A stretch of DNA of 64,000 nt from an uncultured virus (IMG/VR IMGVR_UViG_3300017950_001657) (IMGVR_UViG_3300017950_001657); one strand, 5' to 3'; positions 9,696 through 19,116 are shown, counted from the first letter of the stretch. Numbers and translations are program-made. The notes: a model not told the origin generated them from the letters alone.

Positions 9696-12600
9696 ATGCG
9701 TATTACAGAAGCAATCCAGCAAGTCGTAGCAATATATCCCGGGCGTTTTCACCCTTTCCACAAGGGTCACGCCAGTGTATATGGCTATCTTAAACAGAAA
9801 TATGGCAGTGCTTATGTAGCAACAAGTAATAAAGTAGATCCACCCAAGAGTCCTTTTAGTTTCCCAGAAAAACGTGCAATGATGTTACATGCTGGTATTC
9901 CCAGTGATAGAATTGTACAAACAAAGAACCCCTATAAAGCAGAAGAGATACTAGATTGGTACAATCCCGAAACAACAGCAGTAGTGTTTGCTGTTAGTGC
10001 CAAGGACATGGCTGATAATCCACGCTTTAGTTTTGCGCCCAAGAAGGACGGATCAGCCAGCTATTTCCAACCATTAGCTGGGCAAAAGAATTTAGAACCA
10101 TTTAGTAAACATGCTTATATTGAAGTCGCACCAACTTTAGACTTTAAAGTCTTGGCTGAACCCATGCGCAGTGCTACAGAGTTACGCAAGAAATTTGCGC
10201 AGGCTGACACTGATACACAAAAGGATATAATAACAGATCTATATGGAACCTATAATGCTCGTATTCACAGTATTATGGCCAATAAGATTAATGAAGCGTA
10301 CTTGAAGTTTGAAGACTTACATAATATTATATTAGAGTTGTGGCGTTTAGACGTTGCTAAACCACTAGCAGAAGACGTAAAAGCTAAAATTATTGAACAA
10401 GTGCAGACAGCTAGAGAAGCCTGGCACAAAAAATACAAGCGCAATAAAAAAGTACAGGAAGGTGATCTAATTCCATTTCCTGACAATACTATTGTCCTAC
10501 AAACAACAAGTGATGAGGACTGGTATGAGCTGGGTAAAGACATTGCTAATTTAAGCAAAGCAGAAAAAGCAGAGTACGGACATGATGACTCTGATACACT
10601 AATGGTACTACCAGCACCTCTAGAAAAATATATTAAGGACAGAATAAAAAAGTTTACTGGTTTGAAGTTCAAAGATACTAAACATCATGACAGTTACGAG
10701 TTAGCTGATATTGCTCACAAAGTATCAGAAGAAGATCAGCAACGCATTATTGAAAAGATTAGATCTCTTACTGAAACAATACGTAAGACTGGTAGTCAGT
10801 ATACTGTTTACAGTAAAAAGGGTAAGCGCATGGGCACTTATCCAAGTAAAAAACAGGCTAAAGAACGTCTTAGACAGATTGAATACTTCAAGCATGTAAA
10901 CGAAGCATTTGACAGTCCTTATCCACTAGTATGGGAAGGCAATCCAAATGGAGATTCATCTGCTCTTGCTGAAATACCTACATCCAACGGCAACACTGCT
11001 TATTTGGATATAGAATTTAACACGTCAGGTGATAGTGGTCGTTTTGATATTAGCTTCACAAGAAATAGTAGAAGCAAAGCAGCAGGCACGGGCGATGAGT
11101 TTAGAGTTTTTGCTACAGTAATAGAAGCCATAAAGCAATGGTGGAATAAAGTTGACCAGGATCGGGTTGTTAGTATAACTTTTAGTGCAGCAAAAAATAC
11201 TAACGATAGTGCGATGTACCGTGGCGCTCCTGATAGTCCTCGTAGACACATACTCTATTCAAGATTTGCCAAACAATTTGCTAAACAAATTGGGTTTAAA
11301 CTAAACATAGAAGATTTAGGTACTGGGGTTTATTTTTTCCTTACTAATCCAAAGAGCCTGTCAGATAATAAATTGGAGGAAGCATTTGACACCAAAGTTG
11401 AATGGGTCAAAGAGCTCGGACCAAGTGGGTCAACTGTATATGCTACTAAAGTAGAAGATGCTTATATAGAACTAACCTACAGGCCTGTGAGTAAGGGTGT
11501 ATACATCAGTTTTACTCGTGGCGGTGTTATGAGTGTTACAGGTGAAGGTTCGCAAAATAAAATCTTTGGCGCTGTTATCAATCATATCAAACAATGGGCA
11601 GCAAAAAATAAACCAGAACAGATTATGTTTAGTGCCTTTAAACCTCGCACAGGCGCCTTTGGAAGTCAGGACAGTACTCGCAGTGGATTGTATCGCAAAA
11701 TGGTACAACGCTTTGCTAACCAAAATGGTTATGAGTATGATGTAGAAGACACTGGAAACGAAGACACTTTTATTCTTAAAAGACAAGGTGTGGCGGAAGG
11801 TAAGAAAACAAACAAAGCATTTGTTAAACCACAGTTTGATGTAGAATGGGAAGAAGCAGCTCGCTATCCAGAGTTTCAAAAGATTGGCAAGGATGCCTGG
11901 ATTGAACTTGCTAAGAAGGGCAAGTCAGTTACCATTAAAAGTGCTAAAGGTATTAACAATACAGATGCCGCAGATCCTGATAGTTTTAAATCATTAGAAC
12001 CAGAAAAACAAAAACGAGCTCTAGCACAACTAGAAAAAGGCACAGTTGAAATGCCCATTGTTGCTGTATACAGTGATGGCTACAAAGAATTAATTGGCGG
12101 CAATACAAGACTTACTGCTATGATGGCTAGAGACGGTAAGGCAACTGTGTGGGCATTTAAAGTGCCAGACGAAGTTGCTAAACTAGCAGAAAACTTTGCG
12201 GAAGGTAAGAGTCCACATAAAAAAGGCACTAAGAAATACAAGGCACATATGGCAGCAATGCATGCTGGTATGAATGAAAGCTATAAACTACAACTAGAAC
12301 GTGACGATGATCTACTCGTACTACACATTAAAGACACAAAGACTGGAAAGCGCACTGAAGTAAGAGGAAAGCCCAACTACGAGGGCGATGGTTATGATGC
12401 CACAGATCCATTGCATCAACTCTTGGATAAGGTTGGCAAAGCAGCGAACATAAGTGAGCTTATGAATGGCGAGGTAGTAAGCATTAATCCACGTCATCCA
12501 GATGGACCACGTGCTAGAAAACATGCTGACAAGGCATTTAATGAAGACGTTGCCAAAGACTTAGAAGCAGAGTTTCCGGGTTTATACTTAGACTTATATA

Positions 12601-13481
12601 AAACAAAAGCAGGTTACATACTTGGCAAAATAGAACTACCTAAAGAAGAACGTGGTGAGGGCATTGGTACCCGAGTCATGCAACGAATCGTTGACATAGC
12701 AGACAGTGAAGGTGAAGTTGTTGCACTAACGCCCGATACAGCATTTGGTGCTAGCAGTAAAGGCAGACTCGAAAAGTTCTACAAGCGTTTTGGTTTCGTA
12801 TTCAACAAAGGACGCAACAAAGATTATAGTTTTAGAGAAACAATGATTCGCTATCCTCAGGGCCCTCAAGCACGAGCAACAGTAAAAGATATAGCAGGCG
12901 AATCCATAGTTGAAATGGCCAAAAAGGTTCCAGGTGAACCTGGGTCCTATACAATGAAACAGGGTAAAACAGAATATAAAATATCACCACAATTGAATAG
13001 TAATGATCGACCATCTGGTGAGTGGCAAATTTATGTGAAGGACAGAGGCGATTGGGAATGGGACAGGACAGTTGGTAGTAAAAGAGATGCTATTAATTGG
13101 ATCAAAACCCAAAAAGACGAATCCATAAACGAAGCAGGTGTTGGGCGTATTACAAAACAGAACGCAACCAAAGACGCACCAATTGGTAGTGAGTTTGCAA
13201 ATGTTAAGAAGCTAGGGTTGGGCAGTGGTAAGCCCAAAGAGCTACATGCTAAAGCAAGAAAGAATTCAGATCCCAATACACTATTCAATTTAGGTATTGG
13301 AGAATCTAAAGAACAAGAATTAGATGAAAGAGGCAGCATTACAGTACCATTTGCCAGTGGAACAAGTGTTACTATTGCGCCACATCGACCATTACGAGTT
13401 AAAAAGTCCACTAAAGGGAGACTACGTTATGAAAACCCTACAGCCAACACAAATAAATCTAAACGAGGAAAAACAGTATGA
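9696..13481 (+). CDS. Multidomain polyvalent protein (cytidylyltransferase-like + two paralogous modules + ParB/Srx-like + GNAT), probable processed internal head protein
   Basis: GRFHPFHKGH (HxGH); twin EAFD... modules; IGGNTR; RGEGIG...FYKRFGF GNAT motifs; repeated x-x-E linkers. Confidence 0.8.
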   Translation: MRITEAIQQVVAIYPGRFHPFHKGHASVYGYLKQKYGSAYVATSNKVDPPKSPFSFPEKRAMMLHAGIPSDRIVQTKNPYKAEEILDWYNPETTAVVFAVSAKDMADNPRFSFAPKKDGSASYFQPLAGQKNLEPFSKHAYIEVAPTLDFKVLAEPMRSATELRKKFAQADTDTQKDIITDLYGTYNARIHSIMANKINEAYLKFEDLHNIILELWRLDVAKPLAEDVKAKIIEQVQTAREAWHKKYKRNKKVQEGDLIPFPDNTIVLQTTSDEDWYELGKDIANLSKAEKAEYGHDDSDTLMVLPAPLEKYIKDRIKKFTGLKFKDTKHHDSYELADIAHKVSEEDQQRIIEKIRSLTETIRKTGSQYTVYSKKGKRMGTYPSKKQAKERLRQIEYFKHVNEAFDSPYPLVWEGNPNGDSSALAEIPTSNGNTAYLDIEFNTSGDSGRFDISFTRNSRSKAAGTGDEFRVFATVIEAIKQWWNKVDQDRVVSITFSAAKNTNDSAMYRGAPDSPRRHILYSRFAKQFAKQIGFKLNIEDLGTGVYFFLTNPKSLSDNKLEEAFDTKVEWVKELGPSGSTVYATKVEDAYIELTYRPVSKGVYISFTRGGVMSVTGEGSQNKIFGAVINHIKQWAAKNKPEQIMFSAFKPRTGAFGSQDSTRSGLYRKMVQRFANQNGYEYDVEDTGNEDTFILKRQGVAEGKKTNKAFVKPQFDVEWEEAARYPEFQKIGKDAWIELAKKGKSVTIKSAKGINNTDAADPDSFKSLEPEKQKRALAQLEKGTVEMPIVAVYSDGYKELIGGNTRLTAMMARDGKATVWAFKVPDEVAKLAENFAEGKSPHKKGTKKYKAHMAAMHAGMNESYKLQLERDDDLLVLHIKDTKTGKRTEVRGKPNYEGDGYDATDPLHQLLDKVGKAANISELMNGEVVSINPRHPDGPRARKHADKAFNEDVAKDLEAEFPGLYLDLYKTKAGYILGKIELPKEERGEGIGTRVMQRIVDIADSEGEVVALTPDTAFGASSKGRLEKFYKRFGFVFNKGRNKDYSFRETMIRYPQGPQARATVKDIAGESIVEMAKKVPGEPGSYTMKQGKTEYKISPQLNSNDRPSGEWQIYVKDRGDWEWDRTVGSKRDAINWIKTQKDESINEAGVGRITKQNATKDAPIGSEFANVKKLGLGSGKPKELHAKARKNSDPNTLFNLGIGESKEQELDERGSITVPFASGTSVTIAPHRPLRVKKSTKGRLRYENPTANTNKSKRGKTV
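10902..11391 (+). repeat. 13-bp direct repeat GAAGCATTTGACA (10902-10914, 11379-11391) at module starts
   Basis: Read directly; both copies are in frame and encode EAFD. Confidence 0.85.
11793..12210 (+). repeat. 13-bp direct repeat GCGGAAGGTAAGA (11793-11805, 12198-12210) flanking the ParB-like module
   Basis: Read directly; both copies are in frame and encode AEGK. Confidence 0.85.
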
Positions 13482-13755
13482 TGAACACTTACAGCGTTGT
13501 ATTAAAGAACTTGAACAAATTGTGGAGGATCTCACAGGGTCAGAAAAACCAGGTAGTCGTCCAGGTAGTTTAAAACGGAAAGCAGCGCAGTATTTGGGCA
13601 AAGGAGCCGGAGAAGAACTAACTAGAACAGAACTAAAGCAGTTACGTGCCAAGGCAAACAAGATGAAAAAGTCCACCAAAAAGGACGAACGCGATCGTGG
13701 TATACAACTAGCTAGGCAAGTTAGTTTTGCTTTTAATATGCGAGATAGCAAATGA
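13429..13755 (+). CDS. Basic hypothetical protein
   Basis: Start reassigned to ATG 13429 after AAGGGAG. Confidence 0.6.
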   Translation: MKTLQPTQINLNEEKQYDEHLQRCIKELEQIVEDLTGSEKPGSRPGSLKRKAAQYLGKGAGEELTRTELKQLRAKANKMKKSTKKDERDRGIQLARQVSFAFNMRDSK

Positions 13756-13988
13756 AACTTAACTTTGATATCAAATGTAGTGATTACACGAACACACCAG
13801 CGTACAGAGTATTTGTAAATGGTGAACTCATGCTTGAACGTGATTTTGTGATACCCAACGACGAGTTCAGTCACTATAACTTTACTGGATTTATTGATAG
13901 TGAAACAGCAAATATACAAGTTGAGAGCGTTACACCAGGCATTACATTTACATACGACAATGTGAGATTGACCAATGAGAGCGAATGA
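13752..13988 (+). CDS. Hypothetical protein
   Basis: ATGA-coupled ORF. Confidence 0.65.
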   Translation: MKLNFDIKCSDYTNTPAYRVFVNGELMLERDFVIPNDEFSHYNFTGFIDSETANIQVESVTPGITFTYDNVRLTNESE

Positions 13989-14172
13989 ATTTATTAAAGA
14001 AACAGCAAGTGCTGGTGCTACCACAAGCGGAAATATTGCTGTAGTAGTAAATCCAGCAGTTGCTCGCAGTAAGAAAAAAGCAAAGAGTGTGAGTGCTTTG
14101 GATACAAACTATAGTTTGTTTGGCGCTGGTATGATCAAGCGCAATCCTAAAAAGCCGCTAGCCGCATTATAG
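13975..14172 (+). CDS. Small probable internal head protein
   Basis: N-terminus MRANEFIKE is CTS-like. Confidence 0.65.
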   Translation: MRANEFIKETASAGATTSGNIAVVVNPAVARSKKKAKSVSALDTNYSLFGAGMIKRNPKKPLAAL

Positions 14173-14206
14173 CATAAATATAATATATGTTTTTGAGGTT
14201 TTAACT

Positions 14207-14602
14207 ATGAATGATATTGCTAATACACGCAAAAAATTAAAACAGATTGCTGAAGGCAGCTTGGGCGATATGGCCAATCGCTGCGAAACAGATCACGAAG
14301 TTCAAATGGCACGTGCAGATCTATACAAGATCGGCAAGTACGCAATTGAGCTACACGATATGCTTCGTAACGTAAGCGAAGAACAGGGATTAGAAGGCTG
14401 GGTACAATCTAAGATCACCAAGGCAGCAGATTACATGGGCAGTGTTAAGCATCATCTCGAGTATGAGATGAGCGGAATGAATTCTGACAATCAGGAAGCG
14501 ATGCCAGCAGATGCATTAGATGCACTTGAATCTACAGAAGCAGACCAAAACAAAAAGAATATGAAAGCCGAAAGTAAATTTAGCGATTGGAGTAAGAAAT
14601 GA
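14207..14602 (+). CDS. Hypothetical late protein
   Basis: CATAAATA and GAGG upstream; LEGWVQSKITKAADY motif. Confidence 0.75.
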   Translation: MNDIANTRKKLKQIAEGSLGDMANRCETDHEVQMARADLYKIGKYAIELHDMLRNVSEEQGLEGWVQSKITKAADYMGSVKHHLEYEMSGMNSDNQEAMPADALDALESTEADQNKKNMKAESKFSDWSKK

Positions 14603-15204
14603 GCGATTTTTCAGACCTAGTAAAAAAACTAAATGCAATCTCAAATAACGAGGAAACAGTAAGTGCAACAGGCGATACTGTTTATAAGCCAGTTGAGGAA
14701 GCAGTCGCTGGAACACGTGAAACAGCAAGTATTCTCAAAGCGTTTAATGAACTTGAAGAAGCAGCAAAGCCAGACTATATTGATTTAGATGGCGATGGCG
14801 ATAAAGAAGAATCCATGAAGAAGGCTGCCGCTGACAAGAAAGCCAAGAAGGAATCTGTAGCTGAAGACAAAGCTAACGAAGATGTGCTAGGTGATATTGC
14901 TAGTCGATATCGTGACTTTATGAAGAGTGAAGTAGCACAGGGTAATGATCTAACCACAGTTGATAGCGCAGTTAAAGAAGCCACAAGTTCTGCAACAGCA
15001 ATCGATGATAGTTTTCAAAAGATGTTTAATATGATGGGCCGTCTTATGAACGTTACAGCAGAAGGTGCAGTGCTTAGTAAAATGGTAGAACGTGAAGGTG
15101 GTGATGCTGCATGGATTGCAGATGCACATCAAAAACTAATTGAAGCTATGGAAGCTCTAGAAGAAGCACATATGTATAGCAACCCACCAGGGGAAGATGA
15201 CTAA
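14599..15204 (+). CDS. Acidic probable head/scaffold-associated protein
   Basis: Multiple x-x-E sites and an EF-hand-like DLDGDGD loop. Confidence 0.65.
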   Translation: MSDFSDLVKKLNAISNNEETVSATGDTVYKPVEEAVAGTRETASILKAFNELEEAAKPDYIDLDGDGDKEESMKKAAADKKAKKESVAEDKANEDVLGDIASRYRDFMKSEVAQGNDLTTVDSAVKEATSSATAIDDSFQKMFNMMGRLMNVTAEGAVLSKMVEREGGDAAWIADAHQKLIEAMEALEEAHMYSNPPGEDD

Positions 15205-15209
15205 TTATT

Positions 15210-15401
15210 ATGCGTTCCTCAGAATTTATTTCAAAAGCAATTACTGAGGCTGAGTTTGATGAAGCAGCCGGCGAAAAGGATGCCTGCTATCATAAAGTAA
15301 AATCACGTTACAAAGTTTGGCCAAGCGCATATGCTAGCGGTGCACTTGTAAAGTGTCGCAAGGTTGGCGCAGCTAACTGGGGCAATAAGAGTAAAAAGTA
15401 A
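15210..15401 (+). CDS. Small probable internal head protein
   Basis: MRSSEFI...ITE N-terminus; DACYHKVKSRYKVWPSAYASGALVKCRK. Confidence 0.7.
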   Translation: MRSSEFISKAITEAEFDEAAGEKDACYHKVKSRYKVWPSAYASGALVKCRKVGAANWGNKSKK

Positions 15402-15811
15402 TGCGGGTCCACGAGTTTACAACCAACGAAGATCTACGCAAGTGGTTTAAGGACAAATGGGTTCGTTTCGGTCCTGATGGTAAAATTCGTGGCGACTGTG
15501 CTAGGGATAGTAATAGTGAAGGCAAGCCCAAGTGCTTACCACAAAGTAAAGCACATGCACTGGGCAAAAAGAAGCGTGCTACAGCAGCAGGCCGCAAGCG
15601 TAGAGAAGATCCTAATAAAAATCGTAAGGGTGCAGCAAAGAACGTTGCTACCGAAGGCCCAATTGGTAAAGCAGTTGGTGCTACAGTAGGTGCGGTTACT
15701 GGCACAGCAGTAGGTACAGTAGGTGCCGCAGTGACAGGAAAACCAAGTAAGATATATAAGGGTGCTAAAAAAGGTGCCAAGCTAGGTAAAAAAGCACTAG
15801 GGTGGGCATAA
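15401..15811 (+). CDS. Basic probable internal head protein with glycine-zipper tail
   Basis: MRVHEFTTNE N-terminus; G/A/V/T-rich C-terminal module after VATE. Confidence 0.7.
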   Translation: MRVHEFTTNEDLRKWFKDKWVRFGPDGKIRGDCARDSNSEGKPKCLPQSKAHALGKKKRATAAGRKRREDPNKNRKGAAKNVATEGPIGKAVGATVGAVTGTAVGTVGAAVTGKPSKIYKGAKKGAKLGKKALGWA

Positions 15812-16656
15812 TGAGATTTACTGAATTTGATTTAACTCCAGCGCAACGGGCTATTAGAGAACACATTAAGCGTGGCGTTCCTTTTAGTGAATGCATGTTC
15901 CGTCCCGGTAGTGAAGCATTTACAGAGTTTTATACTCGTGTACGTGAGATGCGTGAAAATCTTGACCTAGACTGGCAGGATGCTGAACTACTTGATACAA
16001 ACATTGGTGAATGCATTATGGTAGAGGGCGAGAGTGTTCCTCTTGATGTTCCTATAGAAGAGATACCAGATGATGCGGTATCCGACAGTGATCCTTTTAA
16101 CGATGTTGCAAGAAAAGAAATGAAACAAATGATTGCAACTCGATTAAATGACTTGGCGCCTGTAGAGCGACAGGTAGTTTTATTAAGATATTGGGAAGAT
16201 ATGTCAGTAAAAGAAATAGGCGAATACACTGGGTTAGGAACAAGACTTGCAAAATCTAATCTAACCAAAGCTCTTCATAAAATGTATAAAAATTGGGGTA
16301 AGGGCAAACACAGCGTAAATTTAAGGCAACTTATACAAAAAGAGTCTGTTGACATTGACGAAGCAGAGTACCAGGGACGCAAAGTTAAACTAAACTCACC
16401 CAAGCGTGGTGGTCCTAAGAAGTTCTATGTATACACTAAGAATGACAAGGGTAATGTTATTAAAGTAGCATTTGGTGCAAAGGATGGTGGCGGCAATCTT
16501 GCAGTTAAACTAAAAGATCCTAAAGCACGTAGAGCATTTGCTGACAGACATAACTGCGAGAAAAAGAACGATAAAACCAAGCCAGGTTATTGGGCTTGCC
16601 GGTTGCCACGTTACGCAAAGTCGCTCGGACTGAGTGGTGGTGGTACCTGGTGGTAA
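15811..16656 (+). CDS. Modular protein containing a sigma70 region-4-like HTH and a basic C-terminal module
   Basis: LAPVERQVVLLRYWEDMSVKEIGEYTG...KALHKM; MRFTEF start. Confidence 0.7.
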   Translation: MRFTEFDLTPAQRAIREHIKRGVPFSECMFRPGSEAFTEFYTRVREMRENLDLDWQDAELLDTNIGECIMVEGESVPLDVPIEEIPDDAVSDSDPFNDVARKEMKQMIATRLNDLAPVERQVVLLRYWEDMSVKEIGEYTGLGTRLAKSNLTKALHKMYKNWGKGKHSVNLRQLIQKESVDIDEAEYQGRKVKLNSPKRGGPKKFYVYTKNDKGNVIKVAFGAKDGGGNLAVKLKDPKARRAFADRHNCEKKNDKTKPGYWACRLPRYAKSLGLSGGGTWW

Positions 16657-16919
16657 AGCCCTATACTGAAACTCGTAATAATAACGTAATTATAAGACGT
16701 TTCTCCGCAGACATTAATAGTGAAGAACTAGTCTGGCACAGAGATCATTCTGATCGTTATATAAGTATAATTGAAGGTACAGGCTGGCGCTTACAAATGG
16801 ATAACCGGTTGCCTATGATATTGGAGCCCGGTGATAGTTTGCCTATCCCTAAAAATACCTATCACAGAGTATTAGCCGGCAGTACAGACCTACTAGTAGA
16901 GATAGTAGAGTATAAATAG
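16650..16919 (+). CDS. Small cupin-like protein
   Basis: WHRD...IPKNTYHRV cupin motifs; GTG start overlapping the upstream stop. Confidence 0.65.
   Translation: MVKPYTETRNNNVIIRRFSADINSEELVWHRDHSDRYISIIEGTGWRLQMDNRLPMILEPGDSLPIPKNTYHRVLAGSTDLLVEIVEYK
16911..16918 (+). promoter_or_regulatory. T4-type late promoter
   Basis: TATAAATA upstream of 16936. Confidence 0.7.
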
Positions 16920-16935
16920 TATAGAGGGTAATACA

Positions 16936-17247
16936 ATGCGAGCAGATCTTATTCGTCAGACACTATCACTACTAGAAGAAGTAGGCATGGAGTATGTAGC
17001 AGGCCGTGACTTTAACAAAGTCATGGATTTAGCTGATTACACACTAGGTTCCTTCTCACACGATGAGCCAGATGTTCGTAAGGTGGATTATGAAGTATTC
17101 CAAAAGACACGCGATGGTGGTTTTGAATATAACGATAAATTTTATCCTCAGGAATTCTACAAGAAGGTAGCTGATCTCAAACTCAGCCCCTATGTAAAAC
17201 CACAAGAAGCCGTCGAAGCTTTCAAAGCCTGGGTAGCAGCCCATTAA
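16936..17247 (+). CDS. Hypothetical late protein
   Basis: Late promoter and GAGG SD. Confidence 0.7.
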   Translation: MRADLIRQTLSLLEEVGMEYVAGRDFNKVMDLADYTLGSFSHDEPDVRKVDYEVFQKTRDGGFEYNDKFYPQEFYKKVADLKLSPYVKPQEAVEAFKAWVAAH

Positions 17248-17272
17248 ATAAATACATAAGCAGGAGACGGCT

Positions 17273-17755
17273 ATGTTATCAAACACCACATTTCTGAAAT
17301 GGTGGGTTCAACTCACCATTACTGTATTCTCTGTAGCAGTCATTACACATCTTGGCTGGTGGGAAGCACTATGGAATGCTGATCAAACTAAACTCAGCCT
17401 GGCTATTCTAGCTATGTTTGTATTTGCAACTGGTTTAACAGGTGTTATGAGCAAAAATCCAAATAGACAGGATCTTAGACCTCTAGGTAACTATGTCTGG
17501 TTTTGCAGTGAAGGTATGATTACGCTGGGTATGATTGGAACAGTCGCCGGCTTTCTTATGATGTTGGGTACAGCATTTCAAAATCTAGATGTTAGTGACA
17601 TAACACAGATCCAGGGTGCTATGAAAGACATGGCTGTAGGTATGAGCACAGCCCTTAGCACCACACTAGTGGGCCTTGTTTGTAGTATTCTTACTAAGGT
17701 ACAGATGGTAATCTTGGAGAACAGCTGGGACAATGGCGAACAAACCAAGATATAA
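17273..17755 (+). CDS. MotA/TolQ/ExbB proton-channel family protein
   Basis: TLGMIGTVAG...GMSTALSTTLVG TM motifs. Confidence 0.85.
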   Translation: MLSNTTFLKWWVQLTITVFSVAVITHLGWWEALWNADQTKLSLAILAMFVFATGLTGVMSKNPNRQDLRPLGNYVWFCSEGMITLGMIGTVAGFLMMLGTAFQNLDVSDITQIQGAMKDMAVGMSTALSTTLVGLVCSILTKVQMVILENSWDNGEQTKI

Positions 17756-18353
17756 AACTAGCTTTGGATTTATAGACCTACTGTTTAACCTACTGGTTGG
17801 GTTTACATTTCTGTTCATACTAGCATTTATTCTTATCAATCCAGTAGCAAAAAAATATGACTTTGATCCCAAGGCTGAATATCTAGTTATAGTAAACTGG
17901 AACCCTGAAAGTTCTAGTGATATAGATTCTTGGATAAAAGATAACAATGGCAATGTGGTTGGGTTTAGAAACAAAGATTTTGCACTAATGAATTTAGATA
18001 GGGATGACCTTGGGTTTTCTAATGATACGATAATTGATCCAACTGGAAAAATATCACAAATAAAGATCAATCGTGAAGTAATTAGTATACGCAGTAATGA
18101 TCCCAGGACTTATACAGTTACAGTACACTGGTATAGAAACACAATAAAATCAGTCACACAAGAAGAAGTAACTGTAGAGTTAATAAAGGTAAATCCATAT
18201 TTTATAGTTAAAGAAAAAAAAATTGTGTTAAGTAAGGAAGGTCAAGAAGTTCACCTGTTCAATTTGAAAATTAACGCTGATAAATCTATAGAAATAACTG
18301 AAACAGGTGAGTTAATCATTTATAATCCTAACAACCTAAGAAAGAAATTTTAA
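17733..18353 (+). CDS. MotB/ExbD-like single-pass partner protein
   Basis: N-terminal TM FGFIDLLFNLL with the conserved Asp, then a periplasmic beta domain. Confidence 0.65.
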   Translation: MANKPRYKTSFGFIDLLFNLLVGFTFLFILAFILINPVAKKYDFDPKAEYLVIVNWNPESSSDIDSWIKDNNGNVVGFRNKDFALMNLDRDDLGFSNDTIIDPTGKISQIKINREVISIRSNDPRTYTVTVHWYRNTIKSVTQEEVTVELIKVNPYFIVKEKKIVLSKEGQEVHLFNLKINADKSIEITETGELIIYNPNNLRKKF

Positions 18354-18802
18354 TGAACAGTTATCTATTAATGGTATGGGTTGGAGTAGGCATAGTTTGC
18401 TTTATACCTTTCTTTAGCAAAAGCAAAGCAGCATTGTTTCTTGCTCCACTTATTATGCTAAGTGTATACGGAAGTTTTTACTACAGTGAAAGTCAGATAG
18501 GTAGACCCTATTACGACAAACCGGTGAAATTTCTTTACCAGTATCATAAAGTTGATACTATAGATAACCAAAAATGGATTACACTACTAGCAATAGTAGA
18601 TAACGACGACAGACTTTATAGATTTCCATACGATAAGAACACAGAAGAAGAACTAAAACGGGCACAGGATCGAAGCAAGAGCGGAACTCCGCAAGTTGGA
18701 GAGTTTAAGAACAACAAAAAGAAAAAAGGGGTTGATCGCAACATGCAGGATCTTAAAATGTATGATCTGCCACACACCAAAATAGTTCCCAAGGCTGGTT
18801 GA
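18353..18802 (+). CDS. Membrane protein (third gene of the MotA/B-like operon)
   Basis: Two N-terminal TM segments; TAATG-coupled. Confidence 0.65.
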   Translation: MNSYLLMVWVGVGIVCFIPFFSKSKAALFLAPLIMLSVYGSFYYSESQIGRPYYDKPVKFLYQYHKVDTIDNQKWITLLAIVDNDDRLYRFPYDKNTEEELKRAQDRSKSGTPQVGEFKNNKKKKGVDRNMQDLKMYDLPHTKIVPKAG

Positions 18803-18827
18803 CAAACTACAGCGTTACAAGTATAAT
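18799..18827 (+). promoter_or_regulatory. Sigma70-type promoter for the polymerase operon
   Basis: TTGACA-N17-TATAAT, perfect consensus. Confidence 0.85.
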
Positions 18828-18849
18828 ATATTATCATAAGGAGATATTA

Positions 18850-19116
18850 ATGAGCAACGGTGATCGTGTTTTCAATCAAGAAGAAAAAGGTAAACTAACA
18901 CAACTAATTAACGAGGGCCTGTCAGTTTTACAGGAAGTTGACGACCTCAGTGGCGGCCTAGATGACACAGTAAAGGCTATTGCAGAAGAAATGCAGATTA
19001 AGCCAGCAGTACTTAAAAAAGCAATTAAAACAGCATACAAGGCCGACTTTGCACGCCATAGTGAAGACCTAGCAGAACTGGAAAACATTCTAGCAACTGT
19101 TGGCAAACTTCAGTGA
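18850..19116 (+). CDS. T4 DsbA-like dsDNA-binding protein
   Basis: Helical 88-aa protein, AIAEEMQIKPAVLKKAIK; AAGGAG SD before ATG 18850. Confidence 0.55.
   Translation: MSNGDRVFNQEEKGKLTQLINEGLSVLQEVDDLSGGLDDTVKAIAEEMQIKPAVLKKAIKTAYKADFARHSEDLAELENILATVGKLQ

Noticed and set aside
17273..18802. Zorya defence system
   Set aside because: There is no long ZorA tail, no OmpA-like domain in the B subunit and no ZorC/D/E neighbours.
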